This document shows positions 47,721-62,763 of a DNA stretch of 64,000 nt, in pieces. Positions within the stretch are counted from its first letter, which is position 1. Every line of letters starts with the position of its first letter. The notes beneath the pieces are model-generated. The model had not been told where the DNA came from. It searched no databases and worked only from the letters and a program-made list of their open reading frames with translations. The position numbers were made by a program, and so were the translations under genes. Source of the DNA: Azolla caroliniana (taxonomy: Eukaryota; Plantae; Polypodiophyta); NCBI GenBank assembly GCA_043228905.1, contig JBHGNT010000012.1, forward strand, positions 1,612,001 to 1,676,000. The letters run 5' to 3'.

Positions 47721-50700
47721 TTAGAACTTCTGGTTGTCATTCTTATTGTTGAAAGGCCATAGGTTGGCAAAACGCTCGACAACTGCCACACCTTTGGGGA
47801 ATAACCCAGAGAATCCTTGAGGAGTTGTTGCTGGTGGGAAGTCTTCTGCTGGCATTGCAAATGGCTGAATCATGCTTTCCAATTTGTGTAGAGTAAGGTA
47901 GGGTGCATCCCCTTGTAATGTCTCCGGTGGAAATACAGGTAATGTATGGTCCTGATGCCGCGGTGTCGCCTTGAAAGCAAACAAACAAGGCCAAGAAGTT
48001 ATATTTCTTTCTTTTTAGGACAGAAATAAGAAATTAGGAAAGCGATAAGAACATTCTTGAATAGCTATTAAAAATAGAACATTCTTTGATTACCTCAAGT
48101 GGATTGACAGCTGCTCCACAGCTGAACAGTAGCTCAATCCGGAATCGCCTTGGATCATCAAGTGAAACCTGTAAAAACTTTCACAATCTTAATGCAAATG
48201 GAAAAAGCATTTTATTACTAGAAAATGGCAAAGCAAATACTACAGTTGATTGATCCTTCCTCACCGCTTTGTTTTCAAACATCCTCAGAACAATGTGAGT
48301 GAGATAGTCAAGCTCTTTAGTTTCGAAAATCTTATGCATCGCCTCATCAACAACAAGTCCTTCCTCTTCATGTGAACCATCCAAATTGCAATATCTCAAA
48401 ACATTTATCAATGAGTGTATATGTGACTCCTGTCAAAATCACCGAAATGGTCAGGTTTATTGTATCCACTAACAAACTAAATAAAAAACTTCATACTTCA
48501 CATCTATGTCCATATTGAGATCTATGTAACATACCGAGGTAAAATATAGACGTGTACGGACATGGCGTTCAGGAGTTCTGACATTTGCATACCTGAAATG
48601 ACATAGATTTAGTCACGGAATCACACATAATTCAGGAGAGATTCTGCTATGATCACATCCTCCAAATACAAGGTCAGGTTACTTTGGGTCAAGACGATAT
48701 TGTGTTTCTTTATCATCATCCTCATCAGCATCTAGAGATTTGTCACTGTTTGAGCTTGACCTTCTCAAAGTATCATTTTTTAACTTAGATTTTGCATGTT
48801 TAGTATCATCAGCTTCAGTCAGCTTTGATAGTTTAAGTGTTGGTGCACAATCTTGTGCAGATTTCAGCTCAGCAACACTTATGGTCTCTTCTCGTGCATT
48901 GTGAAGGTCGATCAAAAGTTTTCCAAGAAGTTTGCGGGCTATCTAATTAAAGAAAAATAAAAGCATTAGACTTTATGGGCCACTGAGAATATGTTAAAGA
49001 CAGAATAAAGCTAATCACCAGAAAACTAAAACAAAGTAAAATAGAAACTAGAGTTCCTTGCAATTCTCTTCCAGCAAAAAAATAAGCAGAAAAAGGGGAC
49101 CTCAGGAAGGGATTACCTTTGATCCAATTTTCAGTTTGTGAACAGGATTGATTCCATATTCATTGGGTATTACCCCATCAGCAAGAGCCTAGTACACAAT
49201 AGCACAAGAGACCATGCGTCATGCAACTTCCATGTAAACCATATATCATTAACAAGTATTTAGATCAGTTTAACTCTTGGCTACAATAGTGTCAGTATAA
49301 CAAAAAGAAGTTCACAAAAACAGTGGTTGCTTTTCTGAAGCACTAACCTATGACTAGCAAATAAACCAAAATATTACAGGTGAAGTAATTTGTTTGTGGA
49401 GAAACGACCTGGGTAACCTAATCAAGCATCTCCAGTCTATCATTACAGTCTGTATCACACAAAGAGAAGTTTCCTTTTGCACCAAGAACAAGAAAAATTA
49501 AAAGAAAATTCTAGGGCAGTATGAGCTAGGGAAGAGTCAGTAATATTACCACTCAATGCTCATTGATGGGAGGTGGGTGTTCGCCAGATACAAGAGTATA
49601 AGTGGAATAAAGGTGTTTTTGAGTCTCTTATATATCTTTGGCTGCATCCTTGTGAAACTGGAGACTCTGAAGGCTATAAGAGCAAGGTACAGCTGGTCTT
49701 GGTGGTTCTTTTGTAGGCATATATATAATGTTCATCACTTAGGTATATTTCATACAATAACAGTTTTGAAGCCCTACTAGGATGAGGATGATTTCATGGA
49801 TATTTTGGCTAGAGGATCTTTGCCATCTTTGGTCTAGGATATCATACATCAAGTGACTGAACTTTGATTCATTTGCTAACAACTTGTATCAGAGAATCCT
49901 TTGGAAGTCAGAGTACACTTGAAACACATTATTTACTCTGGCTAGTTTATCATAACTACATCAGATCAGGTATATCATAAATATTTATGTTTCTCCTTGA
50001 AAAGAAACAAATTTAGAAATTATTTCGAAGCAAGAGGCATCCACATTGGTGTCATTTGTAAGAAATAGATAATTGGAGTCATTTCCTTTCAAAGCATTCA
50101 TAATGCATTCATTCCCAAAATTTGGTGTGTACCTTGGCAACAGTATAAAGTTCTGCAAGGCCATCAAGTTTCAAATGAGTGTTGTGTAAAAGGTCATACC
50201 TATAAATCAAAAAAAATTAAGCCATGAATGGTTCCCTCAAAAAAATGTATACCCAGTTAAGACATCATTGATATAAAGTACTTACTTTGAAGAGTCGTAA
50301 ACATCAGGAATCTTGGTAATATCATATCGACTGAAAAGAAAGACAATATGATGAATCCTTGGAGCTTCAATAGAAAATAGAGAAAATTACCAAAACGTGT
50401 TTATATGCTTGCTTATTTCCAAACTTCCCTGTATATGTTTGATCAAATGGAGCTTTAACATGCTCCTATTCACATGAAATTGAGATTAGGCGCATCATGT
50501 TGCTTTAAAATCAAATATGAGGTTATATGGTTGAGTTACAATCGTAACGAAAGGTTTTCAACTAGCTACAATATTAAATTAGCTATGGTTGAGTTACAAT
50601 ATTTAAGTTTCTAGTTAGAAAGTGGGTAAATCTCATTTGATTTTGCCTCTAATTAGAAGCTTAGAGTTTTAATCAGCAGCTTCTATCATCCGGTATATTA

Positions 50701-53700
50701 ATCACGATAAGCTACATATTATCCTTAAATACAATTATTAGGTTGATTAAAGTATCCAGTATACTATAAATACTTATATTGCTTATGTTTTTTCTTAACT
50801 ACATACCTAAGCTTCATTTTCATGTGGTTAGGAGCATCAACTTTGATCAAGCATATATGCGTTATTTTGTAAATAAGTAAGCATGCTTTTCAAAATTTCC
50901 ATAACATATGATCACTTGGGAATCAGAACCAACAGTTTACCCTTTCCGCTCATTATAGATATCTCTCTCTAGCTTCTTCCACCGAGCAAACATGAGGAGG
51001 AATCCTTCACTGCCACATGGCAAACCAGCTGCAATACGATCAACATCCATATTTGTTTTACCTAAGGCCGTTGCCTGATCATACGGTGGCAAAGCTTCAT
51101 CTGAAGTTGTTTCCTCTAAACCATCTTCTTCCGTTTTGCATAGAACCTTAACTTGGCTAGTCACCTTTTTAATAAGCTGTACCTGTAACAAATAAAACAG
51201 CAGCAATAAATTGTTTGACCAAAACTTAAATATATCCCGCGTCATCTCAGACAAAATAGTGGATATCACCCTTTCAAAGATATGATTTTCAGATTCGTCC
51301 AGATAAAATATAAAAGCGCATTTATAATAAACAGTTCCACTCTTCAGAAAAAACACTAGCAGAACAAACTGTATAATTTAAAATCTGGAATGATCTAATT
51401 ATCTGCAAGAAAAATGAATTCTAGAAAGCATCAGGTAAGTAAGAAAACATGTAGTTCCTAAAGAATGTAGAAAGCATCAGGTAAGTGAGAAAACACATAG
51501 CTCATAAAGAATATAGAAAGCATCGCTTACATAACGAACACATAAAGCTCGTTAAGAATGTCGAAAGCATCAGTTAAATGGGAAAAAGTATAGTTCATAA
51601 TAAATGCATCTCATTCTAGGAACCAGTCATACAAAATGCTAATTAGCACAATCTCCAAGCAGCGCACAACATTGAAAAAACAATGAGAAAACATTGTACT
51701 GCTACTTCCTTGGGCTGTTAATCTGTTTATATGATTTATATATCACCTTGGTACTACACATTTGTTATATACTTCACATCTGTAAATGCACATCTCCACG
51801 CCAATAAATCTAAAAAAGCATATGAAATGAAATTCAACCATTATCTCCATTTACTCATTCTCCACATATGATTCTCTAAAGCGTCTCTAAATATCATATA
51901 TACATTTATATTTGAGTCATTCCAACTGCTTCCTCACAATAAGTGTGATATACAAGCATTCATGACCAGAAGCATTTCTTGCAAACACATTTGCGCACAT
52001 AAATAAGCCTTTGGAGAAATACTTCCACTAAAACATATCTTCTGTTAATGTTGTAAATCAAATGCAAGGCATATATTACTTGAACTGTAGTTTCCCTACC
52101 AGCTTGGGAAGCAATTCCAAAGCATTCTCAGGCAAGCCAGCTGCATCCGTCATCCAAGGTTTTTCTGAATTTGATGAATTCACTGACTTCCCTGATACAA
52201 TAACATCGTAGAGGCGAGCCTGTTGTAATTCTAACTAGATGAGACAATGTACTAAGGACATATTACAGATATAATCAAAATATAGACCACTTCATGCATT
52301 ACTTTTGCTTCTTCCATCTCTATACTTGCTGTATCTAGTCCATCCAGCATGGATGAGTCTTTGCTTACAAGAGAAACCTGCATATGAACAACCAATCCAT
52401 CAAACCAATGCTATCAGAATAAAGAGAGAATTTTACGATTCTTTGATTAAAAAATAATTGGAAAACTCATTACCAAAATCGGCGTTAATGGACCTTCTAA
52501 ATCAAGCAAACCTTTTGCAAAAGCTGCTGCTGACATCTGAAAGAAATGAACATTGGAAAGTTTTAAATCATGGACATTGATGAACAAAATTCTCTACTAT
52601 TGCATTCCTTTAATTAGTACCTGAACTCGGCCCTCTTCAGAACTGTAAATCTTAAGGTCATGGCGGTAGGTACTATGAAGACGAAGTAATCCAGTACCTT
52701 CACCTACAATACATGGTAATGCTTCTACATCTTAGATAACAAATTGATGATTTAGTGGAAACTCTTGGGCTTCATAAGCAAATTGATGATTTCGCGGAAG
52801 CGCTAGAGCTTCAGAAGGCACAATTGTAGGTTTGAGGCAACAAACAGATCAGATATTTACTTCACAACCTTGGTTTCATAACTAAAGCCATGGAAATGAG
52901 CCCCAACTGAGCAAATCATAGGTAATATATCCATATTCATAAAATTGAATCTTGTTGAAAGTTTAGATCTCATAAAGACTTACCTGGATACATTGAATTT
53001 CTAAATACACGCCCAAGTTCCTCTGCCTGAAGCAAAAACAGTAAAATTCATAAATAAGGCAATGCTAAATTTGGCAGCAGAAAAATATACCAGTATTTGT
53101 ATGAGAATTAAATCTTGAGATGGTAGAAATACAGATTTGTGCAAAAGCATATGATAGATCAACAGTCTGCTTTCCTTTACTAATAAGGATTCCATTCTTC
53201 TTGAATGACTGATCAGACAATAACATTATAATCTCATCAGGAAAATGTTTTGCAAAGTGTGGACTATATAAAATGAGCTAGTACAAAAAGATTCATTTCC
53301 TCATTATGAATGAAATTTACCACCAATTTCCTAGACAAAGCTGATAATAGAATAATGAAACTGCTTCAATGATATTGCTTAGGAATGAACATTTAAAAGA
53401 AAATCTGATTGTACCTGCTTTCGTCCTGCATGTGTTAAAACACCACCATATTTCAGAACCATCAGGGCTTCAATTGGATGTTCCTCCTCTGTTTTATCTT
53501 CTTTCTGGACCATCGCCCATTTTGTGGGCTTTAATTGAACTTTTCGATATATACCAGAGAAATGCCCTCCCTGGAAATCAGAGGTACGAGAAATATTTAT
53601 ACGGCTTTACAATATACTTTTGTGGTGCATTATGCATTCTACATGCATCCACCCTAGATGATAAATTGCGATGCAGAGAATGCAGTTAACTACCTCCAAG

Positions 53701-56700
53701 GTCACATACCTAATTATGGATGTGATGTGTCATATGGATCTACCTCTAACTGATTGAACCCTTAAATACCTGGACCACTTTTACTAACCTAAGCCAGAAA
53801 GAAAGAATGGAACTTTCCAAGCTCTCCATTCCTATGGACATGAACATGCTATACATTTAATAATGAGGATATGCCTTGATTGTCCCCATAGAGATGAATG
53901 ACAATTGGTGTACAATTCCATCTTTAACCATAGATAGAGGTTCCTCCAGTTGGGACTAGGTGAGAAGAGTTCTACCACAGTAATCTACTTAATGAGTTAA
54001 AAATATCACTGAAGAATTCATTTGAGGATAGTATCCAATCCCTATGATTATGGATATTTCTGAATCTTTCTGGCTGAAGATTGTGTCACCATATCTGTAC
54101 CTATTACAGGAGAGTCGGCATATATCAGAGTGCCCAACAACTTAAGTTAGGTGGCTTTTCCAGAAAGAGCTACTGCCTTTCAAATGTGACTCAAAAGTTA
54201 CACATATGAAAGGAAACAGGAACTTGATAGGGACAGAAAATTGAAATGGAACCATGGGGAGATGAAGCAGAGGGATACATTCAGTTCCAACATGGAGGGG
54301 AAGAACTCGGGATTCAAGACAGTGTACGTCAGTTCCATAATCAATTTGCCTTACGCATTTATTAATCCACAACCATTATACAACTATGTTCCACCCATGA
54401 TACAACTTATTGATTTACTTTGATGTCAAATCATGATATTACTACGCTCCACCCATGGCAGTCGCCTCCGAACGTAGTGATGCATCATGCATGCATATGA
54501 TATACCTGATCGGGCAACAACAGAATGCCCCATTTATGAAGTCGGATTAAAAGTTATGGTTTATGAACCCGTAAATTCACTTATATGCGAACAAGTGAAG
54601 GGTGCAAAAGAGAGGTTTTCTTAAGTAAACATGCTGACAGCTGGCAGCTTTGAATCGTTCATATAGGGGTGTAACAGTCAAAACGTTCAACAGAAAATTA
54701 TATTCTGCTTTCCAATAGAAATAGCATATCATATGGGTGATGGGAGGACCAGTTAGAAATTATCAACCCCTACCTTTGAGTTACAGTTAATCATTGCAAG
54801 CTTAATTAGATCTATTTCCTAGAATTCACTTGAAAAACGCCAGCTATATATGTTCAAAGCCAGTATTATGTACTAGCTCTTCAATTATTTAGTTTATGGA
54901 ATTAATTATGGATTCTTGGGATCATCTAGACACATCACAAATCAAGTCTCCACATTATGGCTACTGTTCCTGTAATATGGAAAATCTACGAATTTACTAT
55001 AGTGCAGCACAATAAAATCGAAAGATGAAGGGGAAATACCTTTTATGTAGGAGAAAGCATTATGATTATCAGACACTTTGGATTGTTAAAGAAGGGTTAA
55101 TCAAATGAGATTTCATATTTTGATTGAATTTATGCATGGCAAGGATACTGAAGTTTTCATAACAGAAGTGCCACAACTAAATTCAATCATTGTTTATGGA
55201 GGCCTTTGTCTTTGAAGTTTGACAAGGTAAGCAAAAACATTGTGATAATAGGATAGACTCCCTTCCCACATAGATTTCACAATCACTTTAAATGCTTTAT
55301 ATGTCAGAAATCCACACCTCCTCTAAAACAGCTTTAACATGTCGAAGTTTTTCAGCGTGTTCCAAGTCCTCAGCTTCACTATCACTCTCTTTACCAGACC
55401 TGCATATAAAGAAACAGTACATGCTTTTTTACCCCAACTGCTGAAACTCTCGCGGCAATTCTTAAAACTAATGAAGGAAATATAAAGAGATTATATCATG
55501 TTAACACATACAACGCAGACAAGACCAATGTGTCGAAGACATAAAAATGCCCCAAAAAGACCACCCATTTTTTATTTTCTTTCTTTGACAATAAGATTAC
55601 AATGAGAAAGAGGCAATAGAATGCACGTGATAAGAACCTACAAGTTCCTCATTTTTATTGAAATCATAATGAGGCAACCAAAAGACTGGAAAGTAGCAAT
55701 CCATCAGACCACAGTATCCATGCCATGTGAATAGTGTGTGGTTTAACTGAAGAATGTTTAGGTATTGCATAAATTTGATGATAAGTCAATGCAACAAAAC
55801 ATTCCTGTTGCATCATCTGCTTAGAAGGGAACACTGATTCTCACTTTACAGGCATAAAGAAAATAAATGGATTCTGTCTCCCCCGCTAGATAAACATCCA
55901 TCTGTCCAATAAACGTTTCAGTGCAAAAGATTTCACCCTTAAAACACATTTCTCAGCCTGATAGGTTTCAACAATGTCAAAAGTGAAACAACAAATTGAA
56001 ACATGCATTGACACAACGTATACACACATAAATTAGAAGAGAAATAATGGAGAATTGGACTTCTCTATATCTGTCCCGTAACATACTGTATATCAAACCA
56101 GGTGCCTTACATATCCAGTTTCTGTTGTACTGATTCTTCAGCTAGAAGCAAGCTCCTGGCTAAAGTGGAAGCCTTTAAAGACCACATAAGAAAGCAGATA
56201 CTAGATTTCAAATAATGTTCCCATTAGATATCATGAAAAATAGAAATAAGTGATATTACCATCTCTGAAAGGCCAAAACTACCTATGAGACTAAATCATT
56301 TTTAAATGTATAAAACTGACAAAATCAATTTTTTTAAATACTAGATTACCAAGAATGTCAACACTAAGATGTCATGAAAAATAGAAAGAAAGTGATATTA
56401 CTGTCTATGAAAGACCAAATTATCTATGACACCAATCAACTTTTTAAACATATAAAACTGACATATGTGATGAGTGAACAGCAAAAATAATCCTCTTGCA
56501 TGAAACGAACATTCCTGGGTTATGTGCTCTGTGACACATCTAGCAAACTTGCATTTTCGTGACACTCCATTTCATCCTGTGTGTATGTTAAGACACTGAA
56601 TAGGCACACATTTTTGCAGATTAGAGAGAAAAACCTACTGCATGCTATAAAGTGCTGCCACTTGTCATGTATATTCAGTGCTGCTGCACCTATATATTAC

Positions 56701-59700
56701 AGGTGTAAACACATATGACCTCAATCGTTGTTGAGGGACCAAGTTTAATCACCAGTACCCCTGCATCTTTTGAACATGCTAATGGCACCGTTTTCCTTTA
56801 ATATGCATTCTTGTTTCACAATCTAAGCTATTGTTATTTAAAGGTAAAGAAAACTTGAAATTGACAGGAGAAGATTTCCAAACCTAGCTCTTGGAAGAAG
56901 TAATCTGGTCGCATCTAAAAGATCTTGAAGTTGAACAGCACTTTTCAGTTTTGCCTGTGAGAGAACCAAACTACTCATCAGAATAATTTAAAAACTGAAA
57001 TGGTCAAAAAATGTGCCAGTTAGACTTAGAATTGTACATTGTGGTTTGTAAGATAGAAATACCTCTGCCCTTGGTCTTCCTCCATTATATTTAAGCATCA
57101 GATTCAGTAAACGCTCCTGTGTCACCTTCATCTTGACCTTTTGTTTAGGTGTTCTATCACCACTGATATGCAAGCACAAAAAATTACGCGTACAGTCCTC
57201 ATTAATATCCCATCCAAACAACGCACAGCAGAGACAGAATAAGAACTTAAAACTTTCATTTCCTTACTGTCGAATAACTGCAATAACACATCTCAGTTCC
57301 TCTGATTGGCCAAATGTGCCCAATGTAACACTGCTTCCCTGTCTGGAGATTTCTACATGCACAGGTTCACTACACTTCCATGGCAAAGAATTGAAACGAG
57401 GTAAACTTGATGATAGATGTGGAGCCTTCGCATCCAAGAGCATTTTTCGTAAAACACAGGCGGCATCATCATAATATCTAAAATGTCACATTAAGGATAA
57501 AGTCTGAGTGCTTCCAATTACGGCATTAAATTTTCCTAAGTAGAAATGGATGATTGTACTTGTATGAATTTTTCACAAAGCTCCAGCCATTGACATCACA
57601 GACATAGGACTTTCCTTGTGATCGTAGAAGATCAAATCCACAGACCTATTCCACAATATACTATATTATTTCATTGGTGAAAAAAATTGATAAAAATCTT
57701 TAATCTGCCACTAAATATCAACCTCACCGCTTGCCCAAAAGCTACACAAACTTCGCGAGCCATCTCCTTCTCTGTTGGAGTTAAAAGTACTGGATACCTA
57801 ACCTGCTAAAAACAAGAATATAATTCCTCAAACAAAGTAAAAATAATAATTACCAATGAATGCAAAATAATATAAAAATGGTAGATCCATGAAAGGATTA
57901 AGTTCTTTTACGAAAAAATAGATGTGCACAATTCCTATCTGATCATTTATAGAGTAAACAAAATCCCATGGATTACATTGTCGTAAAGGGAAGCATAAGA
58001 AATAACAGGTGATACAGAACTAACAAGAAAAGGAAGCAGATCACAAGACTATATCAAGAACCCAAAGGTTCAATAAATAAATTAATAGAATATTTAGAAT
58101 GGCTGTGTGGGCAGTAGTCAACAACATGATTGGAAGATTCTGTTGATTTCGATGAATCCTCTATCAAGTAGAAACTCATGGCTGGCAGATTAATGAGTTT
58201 AAGAAAGAGCTCATTGTTACACTTGGAAAATAAGACCCTCGTTAACTTAGATACTACATTGTTAGTTTTTATTTCTCTTCAGCTCAGTCTCTAGTTTTCC
58301 CTGATTAGTTCGGAGTCGATTACTTTGTAAAAGCTTGGAGGTCCCATGGATAGTGTTGGCCTCTAGAATACAATAAAAGATTATTGTCAGCATCCTGGAG
58401 ACCTTTTCCATTTTGCTAGAAACTTGCACGTAATTTTTTATTCCTCAAGTCTGGACATTCAATTATTCAACTTTTGGGGGCATTTTTGCTTCCTTTGTAG
58501 CACTTAATTCATTTTTCTTCTTGTTGGAGCCTACTCTCCTGATGTTGGTTTTCTTCTCTTCACCTGCTCCTCCCATGTAAGCAATTCATAGAATCAATAA
58601 GGAGAAAATAGTAGCCAAAAGGGAGGACCTCTTTCCCATCAGCACTACGCATCACAACTCCATCAACCACTGGTGATTTCCTTGCCTCCGCATGGGCATA
58701 TTCTTGACCAACTGTATACACCTGCAAAAATAAGTGGCGCACATAAAAAACTAACTTCTAAACCATGATCAGATGACTTTATCTACATTGACCATATTCA
58801 GTGATTGGGAATCCAGCTAGCAAGACATTTAGTTCCACATTTGAAATTGAAGGCTTCATTAAAATATGATATAATCTCAATCACAAGCATGTGTTTATTG
58901 CCTCAAGAACATCCCAGTATACCTTATGTTACTTAGACTGCCCCATTTATTGTTTCCAATCCTCTAAGTAAAAAATGTACCTTTACATCTGTTCCCCCAG
59001 TAGGCATGAATTCCTCATATATATATGAAGAATCTCGGCGTACTCTTCTTACTTGGGGTTGGAATTCACTGGAACGATTACCAACCTGTTAACAACATAA
59101 AACTGCTTAAACAGAAACAAACATCTCAAATAACAGTACATTTTGAGGAAAGAATCATTGAAAGAAACCCGAAGGTTCACCTTGCGAAATAGTTCCTTCA
59201 TGCCTCCTCCAGCTGCACTTGGATAATATATTCTTACACTGTGATTTTCACCTGCACAAAACATAGTTCACATTGGCTGACCACACACCGACTCTCACAT
59301 ATGAGACTCATGATATAAATCTAAAATGGCAATGTAGAATAAGGATCCTTATTAATAAAACAAGGAAAGTCTTGAAAATGGTCTTTTCACATCTTTGATG
59401 ATTCAGAAATTCATGGAAGCCTCATATCGTAGGAAAGATTCTTACCATCTACAGGCTTTTCAACGAAGGGCTTGAACATTCGTTTGCCTTTCACTGAAAT
59501 GAAATCCTCTTCCTCAATAAAGTAATCAATATTTTCGTATGGAGTATCTCTGTTTACAAGGGCATAACTAGGAATAGGAACTCCATGTTTCTCCAAATGC
59601 TGCAATTAACATAATAAATGATTTAACGTGTAACAATGCAAGAAATAGTTCATAAGCTCAGCTGCTTGCCCATAATAATAAACCCATCATAAAACCAGAA

Positions 59701-60638
59701 TTTGCATTTCTCCTTTTCCTAACTAGAATCACTACCATTCAGCATTATCACAAGAAGTGCCATGCCTGAGTGACACTCTCCACTTCCAAAGCCTTTTTAA
59801 AGTTTTCATTTTTTGATAATTTTCAATCTCCAATCTATGAATATGTAAAAATCAATGAAGAAATAGCAGACCTTGCTTCCACAGGACTACCCTGAAATTA
59901 TACACACTTGCATGTGAATTAACCAAAGATTCATATTGATCACGTACAATGCAAAGACTATGATATGAACAAATATCTTTCTTGAAGTCTTCAGATTAAA
60001 AATGTGCGCAGAAGTAGCAAGAAAGAGACTCATTTTATCATCATAGAGTTTAACAACAGGACTACCCTGCAATTATACACACTTGCATGTGAATTAACCA
60101 AAGATTCATATTGATCACGTACAATGCAAAGACTACGATATGAACAAATATCTTTCTTGAAGTCTTCAGATTAAAAATGTGCGCAGAAGTAGCAAGAAAG
60201 AGACTCATTTTATCATCATAGAGTTTAACAAATTACACACACAAGTACCCCAGAAGCTTACCGCATACACCTTTCGACGATCACGAAGCAAATGTTGCAT
60301 CTTCAAATCATTAACAAGAAAAGGCCTGTTGAAATGAACATCATGACTGAAACACGTCCATTTGAAATTCAACAACATTTATAGTATAGCATTACAAGCA
60401 GCAGATATCTCTGCCACAAGAAGACCCTCACTTAGGCATGTCTATCACAAAAGCTTTCCTATGACAAGAATACCTGAACAAACCCTGTTTTTCCAAACTG
60501 TGAAAATTCCTAGGATGCAATGAAAAAAATAGTACATGAGTTCCAGAGACATACTTTCTTAGATCAGCATATGCTTCTGCCTTCTCCATCGGAAACCCAG
60601 TGGAATAGAAGGCAATCAAACAGTCACAATTGGGCCAC
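47721..60638 (-). CDS. VIH: Inositol hexakisphosphate and diphosphoinositol-pentakisphosphate kinase (PPIP5K / VIP1 / VIH). The 5'-most exons lie beyond 60638, probably outside the window.
   Basis: 27 GT-AG exons splice in frame (2968 nt): 60638-60555, 60325-60262, 59599-59446, 59251-59181, 59085-58981, 58721-58629, 57802-57728, 57645-57560, 57477-57268, 57162-57063, 56954-56884, 55399-55318, 53570-53415, 53026-52984, 52703-52621, 52536-52474, 52377-52303, 52219-52100, 51182-50941, 50330-50286, 50199-50133, 49188-49117, 48942-48683, 48592-48535, 48429-48265, 48168-48094, 47969-47721. ATP-grasp motifs: [57 protein letters not shown]. Histidine-phosphatase motifs: [38 protein letters not shown]. 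Confidence 0.96.
51423..51600. repeat. Degenerate ~45-bp tandem repeat (about 4 copies) in a VIH intron
   Basis: gaaagcatc...aaagaat units near 51423, 51469, 51515 and 51563. Confidence 0.7.
59881..60230. repeat. 175-bp near-perfect tandem duplication in a VIH intron
   Basis: acaggactaccctg...gagtttaaca at 59881-60055 and 60056-60230. Two substitutions seen. Confidence 0.95.
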
Positions 60639-61269
60639 CTGCAACATAAAAAGTTGAGCCAGTATACGAAACACCTTGACCTAATACAAAGTAAATCGTT
60701 CAAAATTTATCTATTAATTATGCAATCCTTGACCATCTACTCTGACCATACTCATTTTTTCCCACTTCATCTTGTGTTTCCTGTGATTTACATCATTGAG
60801 AAAAAACTACCTCCTCTAGATGAGCAGTTGACACAAGGACTGAGAAGTAGCAAGCTGCAGGCCCCTCAATCTTGCAATTGTGGATTACCCAGATCTCCTC
60901 CTGGGGGTGTTGCCATTCTGTTGTGATACTGATGCCATTTTGTCATCAATTTTCACTTAAGTGATGAAATGATCAGTGTTTATAACCTTGTCAACACTAT
61001 ATTACTCCATCCAAATTGTAATATCATGATGTTTCAAATTCTCATAGACCTTTGACCTTTCCAAATTCAGGGGTTACACACCATTTTCAACGTTTGTTGA
61101 GCACGTTGAGTTACCAGGGGCCATTTCAACAACCCCTGATTTTGGTTGACACCCATAAATCATCGAATAATTTCTTCATCGGTTCACAATTCTTTTGTCC
61201 AGTAGAATAATATTTTCAGTTGTTAGCCTTCCCTGTTTTGTGACATGTGGTATGCTGTCTAGTTGAATG

Positions 61270-62400
61270 AGCTCCAAAGCCGACTATCTTCTCACTCAAG
61301 TGACTTCAAGCTTCTTTTGGTGCATACAGTTGTCATTTTTCATTATTGATTGTGCCCACTCTTATTTCTTAGTTTTGCTCTGTACATTTTACGATGGAAT
61401 TAATGGCATCCTTGATTTGGATCCTTTCATATTCCAAGAGGAAGCCAAAAAAGTCTTGTCAAAGTCATATCATTATTCTGCAGTCAACAATACACCTATA
61501 GGTGGTAGAGCCACACAAAATAGTTGGTATGATGAGGAATGTCATCAGATGAGGAGCTTGGAACAAGAAGTGACCTGGGGGATTTGTACACAGAAACACG
61601 CAAGCACAGCCTTCCAACGCCTTGTGAGAAGAAGACATCATATTTGCCTAAATTTGACATAGAGCTGTACTGGTTTCTCTAAGAAAGAGCATGGAAAATG
61701 TTTAATGAGAAACAACCTAGTGCACAATTGAACTCACCTCAAGCTTGGCAGGAAAATGTAAAGATCAGGACTGCAATTCTTCTTGGGAGAGGAAAAAGTG
61801 GCACCTACTATCTCGCACATATCTAGTGGTAACATTCACAGGACCTCAGTTCTTCCTGTAGGAGGCTGCCTGTGCTCAACTTTCTCGTGGATACGCAGCC
61901 CTTGGTACCCTTCAAACACAACATGTATATATATCCAATTCCAAGAACCACTAGTAAATTGTGGTTATTTGATACACTTGAAACGCTAGCTTTTCTATAC
62001 AGAGTAAAAATTTTGGGACCCAGGCTCATAACTGGACAAATTTGGAGAAACCTTTAGTCTCAATGATTTCTGAGATGATGAGGAGGCAAAGCATTGCTGC
62101 CACATGATAATATCCAGGTGAAGATGGGAGCAGCCCCAATAGCAATTGAGGCCTTATTACAATCAGTGACCAGTATCCAAAGTATTTGCATGCTCCCTAA
62201 GCAAAGTTACTCAAGATTGACACTTACGTCATCAAAGAGTTGGCTGAAAACAGAGACAATCATTGTTGGTATGTTTGAAATGCAATAATGGTTCCAGTCA
62301 CATGGCATAAATATATGAACAATATTGTTGAGAATCAAGCTCAACTTGTATGAACATGTGCTTATGAAGAAAAGGATAATGTGTGAAAAAGTGTGTGAGC
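61270..62400 (+). mobile_element. Highly degenerate RTE/RTEX-like LINE remnant
   Basis: NSWYDEEC parallels NSWFDDEC of the LINE at 39300. Later fragments (GAAPIAIEAL) resemble that LINE's C-terminal region. Confidence 0.45.
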
Positions 62401-62424
62401 ACACTTTATTGTAATCCGTGTAGT

Positions 62425-62690
62425 TGTCGAGTGTTAGTGTGGTCAAAGAATATTAGATATTCTTATGACAAAATCGTACTCAAGTGGATATCTTGGTTAG
62501 ATTCCACCAACACATTTAATAGGCCAGTCCCTTGAGCACTTGTATATAAAACCCCCTTTGGCCATTTAGTTTAGTAGATGATCTTTAGATAATTACTATA
62601 GCTCTCTTAAGTGCATAAGCTGTCATCCCCCTATTGTGTGTTTTCTTATTTTTCTGGTTATTCTCTGTAATTCCTTCTCTTGCTTATACA

Positions 62691-62763
<73 letters not shown>

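Noticed and set aside
53680-54430. Possible extra VIH exon or nested gene
   Set aside because: The flanking VIH exons (55318 to 53570) join in frame without it. The short ORFs lack recognisable motifs and the stretch is probably old repeat debris.
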